Virus record (IMG/VR): IMGVR_UViG_3300037246_001629
Coordinates: 1 to 54,986 of that record
DNA length: 54,986 bases
Source: a virus
Lineage: Duplodnaviria; Caudoviricetes
Direction: 5' to 3' (one strand)
Of the stretch, positions 47,471 through 54,986 are shown piece by piece (within the stretch, counting starts at the first letter, position 1; each line of letters begins with the position of its first letter). The notes beneath the pieces were generated by a model. It worked only from the letters and a program-made list of their open reading frames with translations, did not search any database and was not told where the DNA came from. The position numbers and the translations under genes were made by a program.

Positions 47471-48664
47471 ATGAGTAAATCAAGTTTCATATCATTAGCA
47501 GATCTGAAGAATACTGATAATAATCTTTCAAAATTAGTTCATAAATCAATTCAGAATATAGTTGACAGTCTTTCGGATAATCCAGATCAAATAATTGTAG
47601 TTTCAACATCAGGTGGGAAAGATAGTTCTGTTCTTTGTGCTTTATTTATGCTTGCTGTAAAATGGGGATTAATTGATCCAAAAAGATTAAGATTTACTTT
47701 TTCAGATACAAAGCTAGAATTACCAACACTGCATAAGCATATAACTCTTCTTTTTGAATATGCAAAAAGTCTGGGTATTGAAAGCGTAATCGTTAAGCGA
47801 CAGAAAGCAACCTACTGGACACGCGTTCTGGGATTAGGTACATTCACATCTAACTGGAGAGAAAGATGGTGTGTACAATTATTGAAATTGGGTCCGCTGC
47901 AAAAATATTTTAAAACTCTTCCAAAGGATCATATTGTTGCAACAGGTGTTAGACGTTCTGAATCTGCAGTTAGAGAAACAAAATATAAAGACGCACAGCA
48001 AACAATAAAGGAAATGAAGAAAACAACCTGTGATACCGCAGGTGAATGCTTTGTTAATCTAGAAGATCTTGATAATGTATTCCATCCTATATTGGATTGG
48101 TTAAATTGTCATATCTGGGATTTCATAAGATTTTTTTATCATGGAATTCCGCTACATCTTCTTTTTGATCTTTATTTGGGTGAGGATAGTGCTAGGTTAG
48201 GTTGTTGGAACTGTACTGTTGTCTCTACTAATCTAGTAGTCGAGAAAATGGGTAAAACTGATTTCAGATATAAAATTTTACATAATATCTGGACCGAATT
48301 AAAATTCTATAATAAACCTGAGACTAGGCCTTTGGATTGGATTTATATTTTTAGAAATGCAGGAAGGTCTGCTACAAAAGACACTATCGGTATGAAATGG
48401 AGGCCATCATTCATCAGACTAGAAGTAAGACAGAGGATATTTAATATGTTAATTGATGCACAAGAAGAAACAGGGTTCGAATTAATTTCAGAAGAAGAAA
48501 TTATTACTATTAAAAAATTATGGGAAACCAGGACAAATAATTTTGATCCTGTAATTAAGAGATCTGCACCTGTAAAAGTAATTGACCAGATGTCAAAAGA
48601 TGATCTTACTAAAATAGATAAGAGAATACATATCAGGATTGCAACTTTGGAGGATTTTTTCTGA
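47471..48664 (+). CDS. DndC-like PAPS-reductase-family (PP-loop) protein
   Basis: SGGKDS, SDTKLELP, RWC...LKLGP, GVRRSES..R, PILDW, RLGCWNCTVV, R......L..Q.....LISEEE...I...W. Confidence 0.75.
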   Translation: MSKSSFISLADLKNTDNNLSKLVHKSIQNIVDSLSDNPDQIIVVSTSGGKDSSVLCALFMLAVKWGLIDPKRLRFTFSDTKLELPTLHKHITLLFEYAKSLGIESVIVKRQKATYWTRVLGLGTFTSNWRERWCVQLLKLGPLQKYFKTLPKDHIVATGVRRSESAVRETKYKDAQQTIKEMKKTTCDTAGECFVNLEDLDNVFHPILDWLNCHIWDFIRFFYHGIPLHLLFDLYLGEDSARLGCWNCTVVSTNLVVEKMGKTDFRYKILHNIWTELKFYNKPETRPLDWIYIFRNAGRSATKDTIGMKWRPSFIRLEVRQRIFNMLIDAQEETGFELISEEEIITIKKLWETRTNNFDPVIKRSAPVKVIDQMSKDDLTKIDKRIHIRIATLEDFF

Positions 48665-49458
48665 TGAATCATAAACTATACAAAAATAGTTCCGAGGATA
48701 TGAGTCTAGTAGCTGATAATTCGGTTCATATGGTAATTACAAGTCCACCATATAATGAGGATAAAAAATATGGAGATATTCCTGGTTCTGATTTATCACC
48801 CTGGAAAGATTATATTCCACTGATGAGAACAGTATTCACAGAGGCAAAACGAGTACTAGTTCCTGGCGGAAGAGTTGCTGTAAACATTGCAAATCTAGGA
48901 CGATTCAATGAAACGAGGGGTACATATTACAAACCTTTAAAATCACTATTTGAGGAAATATTACTCAATCTAGATTTGATATATTTAGGTGAGATTGTAT
49001 GGTGGAAATCAACTAGTGCAAATATCAAAACTGCATGGGGTTCTTTTCTTTCACCGCGTGCTCCATCATTACAAGATACTCATGAATACATTATTATTTT
49101 CAGAAAGGAAGGAGAATTTCCAATACCTCGAGAATATGAAAATAATCCAAAAATTATTCCTCAACCTAGATTTATGAAACTTATAAAATCTATCTGGAAT
49201 ATTGCTGCAAGAAGAAATAAATCTCATCCTTGTGTTTTTCCTGATCAACTAGTAGATAATCTACTTACTCTTTATACTTTTCCAGGACAAACAGTATTGG
49301 ATCCATTTGGAGGAAGCGGGACCACTGCAAGAGTTGCTAAACAACTAGGTAGAAATTCAATATCATTTGAGGTAGTTCCACGATTCCAGAAAATGATAGA
49401 GATTGAGATAGGAAAAACATTCATACAGGATTGGTTTGAGGGGTTGGATAATGAATAA
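48664..49458 (+). CDS. Beta-class N4-cytosine/N6-adenine DNA methyltransferase
   Basis: TSPPY ... HPCVFP ... VLDPFGGSGTT in beta order. Confidence 0.9.
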   Translation: MNHKLYKNSSEDMSLVADNSVHMVITSPPYNEDKKYGDIPGSDLSPWKDYIPLMRTVFTEAKRVLVPGGRVAVNIANLGRFNETRGTYYKPLKSLFEEILLNLDLIYLGEIVWWKSTSANIKTAWGSFLSPRAPSLQDTHEYIIIFRKEGEFPIPREYENNPKIIPQPRFMKLIKSIWNIAARRNKSHPCVFPDQLVDNLLTLYTFPGQTVLDPFGGSGTTARVAKQLGRNSISFEVVPRFQKMIEIEIGKTFIQDWFEGLDNE

Positions 49459-49900
49459 AAGAAATAGTCTTATTATTGATTTATGTTCAGGTGGTGGAGT
49501 GTTGGCCGAGGCATTTTATGATAGTGTGGGTCTAGACCTGGACCGAGATAAACTAAAATATTATCCTAATCAAAAAATTCAAGGTTCTGCAATACAAACA
49601 CCATTCAGAAATAAAGCTGTGTATTTTGCTAATGGATCACCACCATGTCAGGCATTTTGTTCATTAGCAGATAAAGAAAAACATATTGATATCGTGGATC
49701 CAGTGAGAAAAGAATTGCATCGAATTTCTGAGAAGTATTCAATTGAGAATGTGGTGGGTGCTCCTATCAGAAAGGACCTAATGTTATGTCAGTCAATGTT
49801 TGATTTACCTGTAAAAGTTTCAGGATTAGGCGTACCTCCTTCATTCATGAATTATATACTGGACCATTTAGATAATAAAAATTTAGATGATTTTTTTTAA
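49451..49900 (+). CDS. Short C5-cytosine methyltransferase-like protein
   Basis: DLCSGGG (I), GSPPCQ (IV), IENV (VI); appears to lack the target-recognition region. Confidence 0.65.
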   Translation: MNKRNSLIIDLCSGGGVLAEAFYDSVGLDLDRDKLKYYPNQKIQGSAIQTPFRNKAVYFANGSPPCQAFCSLADKEKHIDIVDPVRKELHRISEKYSIENVVGAPIRKDLMLCQSMFDLPVKVSGLGVPPSFMNYILDHLDNKNLDDFF

Positions 49901-50586
49901 AATGTTAGATAATGAAAAATAAATTGTTGGTTGAACCCCAGAGACTCAACCACGCGAGGAGACACTAAATTTTAGTATCTAATATGTAATTATTATATTG
50001 TATTTTAAAGATAATGACAAGCACTTATTGTATTACCTTATTAATTGCGGTAGCATAGACAATAGTTTATAGATGTTAATTTATAACATTATTTGTTAAT
50101 TTATTGTTTATTCTTAACAAAGTATATATAATCGAAAATACATATATTGTATTGTGACAAGCACAATGAACACTGAGCTAACAGAAATGACAAAAAAAGA
50201 ATTAGTACACACTGCAATTAAAATAGGAGTACTTCCAACTTATTTACAATCACTGAGAAAAGAACACATCATTCATTTAATCGAGGAAAGGAGTAATTAA
50301 AATGAAATGTAATGCAATACTATCATTCGATGGAAAGGAATATCTCTGTGAAAGAGATCAACATGGATATCAGATAAAACACCACGTGAAGAAAAAAACA
50401 TACTTTGATATTGATTCTGAAACTGAACACCTGTATGTAATACAGGAAATTACATGGAGAGTTGAAACTAAATGAGCGATTGTAATAGTGGTTGGAGAGG
50501 ACAGGAAAAGAAAGAGAAACGCGAATTGCAGAAAGCTCTCAAAATAAAGAGTTTCAGAAAAGAATACTCATACAGGAGACAATGAA

Positions 50587-50919
50587 ATGAATATAGAATT
50601 AGAACAAACAATCATAGAACAGATGAATACTTTCAACTGTGATAGATCCAAACTACTTGAGATGTACAAAGCAGAATGCAGCGAGTTCCAAGCAGAAATG
50701 GAAAAAACAAGCGAACACATGAAAATATGCATTGTGAATATTAAAACCTCAATAGAGTGTATTGATATGGATATCGAGTATTATCATGTATATGATGAGG
50801 TTAAACAGCTTAAAAAACACACCTCAATACTTGATGAATATGCAGATGAATATGCACATGATAAAGCAGAATTTGATGACCGCGATAAATTAGTCAAATA
50901 TCTGGAGGAGTTATTATGA
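50587..50919 (+). CDS. Helical hypothetical protein
   Basis: 110 aa, GGAG RBS. Confidence 0.6.
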   Translation: MNIELEQTIIEQMNTFNCDRSKLLEMYKAECSEFQAEMEKTSEHMKICIVNIKTSIECIDMDIEYYHVYDEVKQLKKHTSILDEYADEYAHDKAEFDDRDKLVKYLEELL

Positions 50920-51290
50920 AAAAAGAAATCAAGAATATTGAACTAGCACCAAAGATCAATAATTTACTGTTCAAGAATAAAGACTGGACCGTACCTGATG
51001 CAATCAAAGATCTAAGTGATACTTACAAGATACCATCACAGAAATATAATGCAATAGCATCTGCATACTCGCGTTGGAAAAGAGAGTTTAATCAGTATGA
51101 TATCCAGAATGCTCATGATCTGATAAAATATATATCTACTGAGAATGTTACTGATTTCCTGGAAGCATACGAAGGTCAGGATCCCGATTATGCATACTCG
51201 CTCAACCGATTCAATAACCGAAAAGGTGCAGCAGATTCACGTAAAATAATTAAAATTGTAAGAGCTATGCTAACTCAGGCTATTAAATAA
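50916..51290 (+). CDS. Hypothetical protein
   Basis: 124 aa, GGAGG RBS. Confidence 0.65.
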   Translation: MKKEIKNIELAPKINNLLFKNKDWTVPDAIKDLSDTYKIPSQKYNAIASAYSRWKREFNQYDIQNAHDLIKYISTENVTDFLEAYEGQDPDYAYSLNRFNNRKGAADSRKIIKIVRAMLTQAIK

Positions 51291-52149
51291 TAATATTAAT
51301 TTTGAATTTCTTATAGATAATCACTGGAATAAATGCAAATAATGATAGATAGAAAGGTGATCCCTCAGTATTACTTTCGGATACCTCTACCAGGAAATAC
51401 TCAATCAATTCTGTGGACTGACTTAACCCCAGATCGGAAGTAGTTTTAACAGGTTCACTTTGAATTATATATCTGGGTAATGATGAGAATTCATCAATAA
51501 TAAATTTATAAGCATCAAGAGAAGATAATTTTAAATTCACATCATCTATATAATAATTTTTTAAAAATTGATTATCAACATCATTAATTTTTATTTTATA
51601 TCTCTCATACTGTATCGTGAATGTTGTATCATTTACAATACTGGAAATTATCAGATCAATAGTAAATTGGATATATGATGTATTTGAGAAAGGAATGAAA
51701 AACATAATTTGATATGATGTGGGATTATTACTACTTATACTATTTGAAGGATCATTAGTTTCCAAATATTCATCGAATTCTATCTTACTATCATTTATCA
51801 ATATGGTATAATTACCATACGAGACAATGCCTGAAACTAAGCCATCAAAAAATATTGGTATTGCACCTAATTGTGTGATATATAATGCTGATTGATTATA
51901 ATTTAAATTTAATTCTAAATCATCTGATATTATATTGTTAATTACTAGTGGATATGATCTTGTTGTATTTATTTTAGCAACTGCCATACTACCATAAAGT
52001 AGTAAATCAACTGCTTCCTCATCAAAATCGCGTCCATCTTTGTCTTTATATTTCCACTTATCATTTTCTTTAATTTTTACTGTGGAAATAGCCAGTGTAG
52101 GTACTAAAAGCACCATTATTAGTATTATTGTTATTGCTATTTTTTTCAT
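51283..52149 (-). CDS. Secreted surface protein with signal peptide and CTERM-like anchor
   Basis: MKKIAITIILIMVLLVPTLA; many N-x-S/T sequons; SESNTEG-SPF-hydrophobic-KKFK tail. Confidence 0.7.
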   Translation of the reverse strand: MKKIAITIILIMVLLVPTLAISTVKIKENDKWKYKDKDGRDFDEEAVDLLLYGSMAVAKINTTRSYPLVINNIISDDLELNLNYNQSALYITQLGAIPIFFDGLVSGIVSYGNYTILINDSKIEFDEYLETNDPSNSISSNNPTSYQIMFFIPFSNTSYIQFTIDLIISSIVNDTTFTIQYERYKIKINDVDNQFLKNYYIDDVNLKLSSLDAYKFIIDEFSSLPRYIIQSEPVKTTSDLGLSQSTELIEYFLVEVSESNTEGSPFYLSLFAFIPVIIYKKFKINIII

Positions 52150-54242
52150 TTTATCATTTCCTTTATTTCTTCTACCTCAGCAATTAATTCCTGAATTCCT
52201 TTGGTATTCAATGCTGTGAGATTATCATACTGAATTCCAGTAATTATTACCTCACCCCTTTTATTTGTAGTCTCATGCAGTATAAAATTCAATTCAGATG
52301 GTATCTCTTCAAGAATAATACCATATTCTTTTGAATATTGTTTATTTAAATTGTGTTTCCAATCAAAAGATCCTGTTGCCAATAGTGAAAGTAATTCAAG
52401 AGCATTTGTATCATCATAATCGAAATTGGTTTTCATCTCTCTATTAGAAGCAGAACTTTCACTGTTTCTATAAATAACATCCCATCTGATATCAACTCCA
52501 CCTACATCAAAACTACTATTTAATGATGGTTCAAAATTATTATTAAGTGATGTAGTACCACCTGAAGCAGAAAATCTACCCACTGCACCTGCACCTATTT
52601 CTAATTCACCAAGTATGTTAGTATTGCCATGGAATGTTGATACAATATTATCTGCACTAGCTCCAATATCTAACGTTCTAGCATTTGAATCGAAATTATA
52701 TATTTCTACATCGCTATCATCTCTATCATTAACTGTGATTGATCCTTTAGTATACATTCTTATATTTAAATTCCGATATAATCTCAATTCTTTTGTATCA
52801 AAGCTATCTAGATAATTAATTGATCCGCCATCATGATACATTCTGAAATCATCGCTTGCACCCGTATAGAATCCTGAATTATCCAATGGATTCTTAACAG
52901 TTCCATAAAGTGAGGATGCGATATTATCTGATGCTGCTCCTATATCAAATGTTCTTGCAGTTGTATTAAAGATGAACAAGCTTACATCTGAATCATTTGT
53001 ATCCTTGATTTGAATGGCCTCGGTAGTGAAAAAGTTAATAAATCTACCCTCAATCGATAAATTAGTTGCATTACTCTCATCACCGATAATGTTTGATGAA
53101 CCATTATGATACATCCTCAGATCATCGCCCGCACCTGTATAGAAACCTGCATTATCCAATGGATTCTTTACCGCACCATATAATGAGGTGGCAATAGGAT
53201 CTACTGCTGAACCAATTAATAGTATTCTTGTAGATGTATTAAGATCCAATAATGGAGCATCTGAATCATCTGAATCTGCAACTCTAAATATTCTCCCTGT
53301 GTTATTTTTTATGTTTCCTAATACATTTTCTATAATCAAATCTCCAGTGTTGTTGCTAAGAAAAGATGCAATTCCATCATGATACATTCGCAGATCATCG
53401 CCCGCACCTGTATAGAACCCTGAATTATCTAACGGGTTATTTACCGCACCATAAATTTTAGTTGCAATAGGATCTCCTACTGATCCGATATCTAGTGTTC
53501 TAGCACTTGTATCTAAAGACCATAAAGTTGCATAGCTATCATCAATATCTTTAACTCGAACTCTTGTACCAGATCGTAAATTAATATGGCTTAATGCATC
53601 AATGTGTAATTCCCCTGTATTATTGTTTATAATAGAATTAGTCCCATCATGATATAATTGTAAATCATTACTATCTCCAATGTTTATAATATCATTATCA
53701 CCTATAAAAATATCATCGAAATATGAATCTCCACCCTCGAAAAATCCACCTTTGGGAGAATATACAATATTATCGCGTATCTGATCAATCTCCATTAGAC
53801 TATCTGCTTCTGTCAGATAGATCCATGCAAGAGGTGTTGTATCAACAGGTGTCCATCCATCACCTACTGATTCTGGTAATTGATTTCCATCAGTTGTTCT
53901 ATCTCCAGATATTGTTGCTACTACACCACTACTATTGATATATATCAGAATTAATCTTGATTGTCCTGTTGTTAGTGCATTGAATGCAGTACTGAGATTA
54001 ACATTCGCAGCAGATATAGTTCTTTTTTCACCATTGACAAATGCTACACCTGATGCAATAGTAACATGTGTTCCTGATGCTGATAGATCTGTTTCACCAC
54101 CGACTGCGGCAAGACAACCTGATATAGTATAATTCCCCTGCATTGCCATGATAAAATCATTGATATCCTCTGCAAAAAATCTGTTATTTCCCACACCAAC
54201 ATCGTTGAAATCCTGGTACAAGATTGTCTTACCGTATGCCAT
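52146..54242 (-). CDS. Tail fibre/spike with tandem repeats and C-terminal S74-like intramolecular chaperone
   Basis: Repeats NPLDNxGFYTGAxDDxRMYHxG; SNREMKTNF...YGIILEE...IQYDNL......GIQEL. Confidence 0.85.
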   Translation of the reverse strand: MAYGKTILYQDFNDVGVGNNRFFAEDINDFIMAMQGNYTISGCLAAVGGETDLSASGTHVTIASGVAFVNGEKRTISAANVNLSTAFNALTTGQSRLILIYINSSGVVATISGDRTTDGNQLPESVGDGWTPVDTTPLAWIYLTEADSLMEIDQIRDNIVYSPKGGFFEGGDSYFDDIFIGDNDIINIGDSNDLQLYHDGTNSIINNNTGELHIDALSHINLRSGTRVRVKDIDDSYATLWSLDTSARTLDIGSVGDPIATKIYGAVNNPLDNSGFYTGAGDDLRMYHDGIASFLSNNTGDLIIENVLGNIKNNTGRIFRVADSDDSDAPLLDLNTSTRILLIGSAVDPIATSLYGAVKNPLDNAGFYTGAGDDLRMYHNGSSNIIGDESNATNLSIEGRFINFFTTEAIQIKDTNDSDVSLFIFNTTARTFDIGAASDNIASSLYGTVKNPLDNSGFYTGASDDFRMYHDGGSINYLDSFDTKELRLYRNLNIRMYTKGSITVNDRDDSDVEIYNFDSNARTLDIGASADNIVSTFHGNTNILGELEIGAGAVGRFSASGGTTSLNNNFEPSLNSSFDVGGVDIRWDVIYRNSESSASNREMKTNFDYDDTNALELLSLLATGSFDWKHNLNKQYSKEYGIILEEIPSELNFILHETTNKRGEVIITGIQYDNLTALNTKGIQELIAEVEEIKEMIK

Positions 54243-54243
54243 A

Positions 54244-54588
54244 TTATTCCACCGCTGTTATTGTCTGCACATGTTTCTCAAAGTGTGCAGGAAATGCCTC
54301 TGATAATTTGGTATACAGTTGTATTTTTTCTGATTTCAAATAATCTTTCTGAGATTTATCTATTTTCAGTACAAATCGCGTGTATAGATCTGTGATCTCT
54401 TTTTCCTCATCAGCAATTTTTTTATTTATCTGGATGATTTTTTGTTGCTGGATCTCTCTGTTTTTAAGAAATGCAATCTGTCTATCTGCAAGTTTTTCAA
54501 AGTATATATCGCGATTAACAATTACTGTCTCAGGAGTAATGATAAAATCACCACTCATATTTGTATCAATAGCATCAGGCATCAGCAA
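54244..54588 (-). CDS. Hypothetical coiled-coil protein
   Basis: GGTGA RBS; tail operon. Confidence 0.6.
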   Translation of the reverse strand: MLMPDAIDTNMSGDFIITPETVIVNRDIYFEKLADRQIAFLKNREIQQQKIIQINKKIADEEKEITDLYTRFVLKIDKSQKDYLKSEKIQLYTKLSEAFPAHFEKHVQTITAVE

Positions 54589-54955
54589 TCACCTTTTTCT
54601 CCTCTTCTGGATCTTTCAATTTCTTCTCAGGTTTCTCCTCTTCCAGCTCAAGAATCTTTAATTGTTCTTTTGTCAATTCCAATCCATCAATTTCAAGAAT
54701 GATATCAATAAGCGTATTTATTTTGGTTTTTAGTATATTGACTTTTCCCATATTTGGATTAAATGTTTCTCTCATAAACTCGTTAGTCTCTCTATCGATT
54801 CTTGCAATTCCTTCTGCATTTACAGCACTAGCCTTAGCTCCGACCTCAGCAACATCATTGATTTTACCAATCAAAGCCTGTTCTACCTGACTAATTTGCA
54901 GTCTTTCCTGTTCTTTTTTCGTTTTAATTTCTCTTCTTTTGTATTTATTTCCCAT
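54575..54955 (-). CDS. Hypothetical coiled-coil protein
   Basis: GGAGTGA RBS overlapping the stop of the junction ORF. Confidence 0.65.
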   Translation of the reverse strand: MGNKYKRREIKTKKEQERLQISQVEQALIGKINDVAEVGAKASAVNAEGIARIDRETNEFMRETFNPNMGKVNILKTKINTLIDIILEIDGLELTKEQLKILELEEEKPEKKLKDPEEEKKVIADA

Positions 54956-54977
54956 AATATATCACTCCAATTTATCG

Positions 54978-54986
54978 GCGAAATAG
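54978..54986. repeat. Terminal direct repeat GCGAAATAG (copy 2)
   Basis: Identical to positions 1-9. Confidence 0.85.

Noticed and set aside
49928-49965. Hairpin TGGTTGA/TCAACCA followed by GAGGAG
   Set aside because: No start codon follows; may be a terminator or decayed cassette, too weak to call
52146-54242. Diversity-generating retroelement acting on the tail fibre
   Set aside because: No reverse transcriptase motif seen; repeats are in-frame coding and differences are not adenine-restricted
200-54955. Alternative genetic code or stop-codon reassignment
   Set aside because: Long intact ORFs under the standard code, with TAA, TAG and TGA all used as tight stops between coupled genes

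Overview
The window looks like a complete ~55 kb circular (or circularly permuted) genome of a tailed virus (Caudoviricetes, HK97-type head, non-contractile siphovirus-like tail). The last 9 nt repeat the first 9 nt, and joining them completes an ORF across the junction. The host is inferred to be archaeal, from TATA-box and often leaderless promoters, GGAGG/GGTGA ribosome-binding sites, archaeal-type wHTH regulators, a TFB-like gene, PIP-box-like C-termini and no endolysin. A CTERM-like surface protein and many zinc fingers weakly suggest an Asgard host. A minus-strand virion operon runs from 22141 to 1 and continues from 54977 to 51283: TerL, portal, MuF, protease/scaffold, MCP, adaptor, tail tube, frameshifted chaperone, TMP, tail tip and S74-chaperoned fibre. 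The region 22.2-51.3 kb holds many small Cys-rich genes, regulators, an HNH nuclease and DNA-modification genes. I recognised no polymerase, helicase, primase, integrase, tRNA or CRISPR array. Most interesting observations: (1) a portal-ParB-like-SprT-like fusion that may be processed as a polyprotein; (2) three MTase-family genes and a solo DndC-like gene whose products all end in PIP-box-like tails; (3) three Tad2/DUF2829-like paralogues; (4) a viral TFB-like factor; (5) two candidate structured ncRNAs and repeated T-loop elements; (6) a candidate origin with ORB-like boxes. All family calls are by-eye motif recognition, not database searches.
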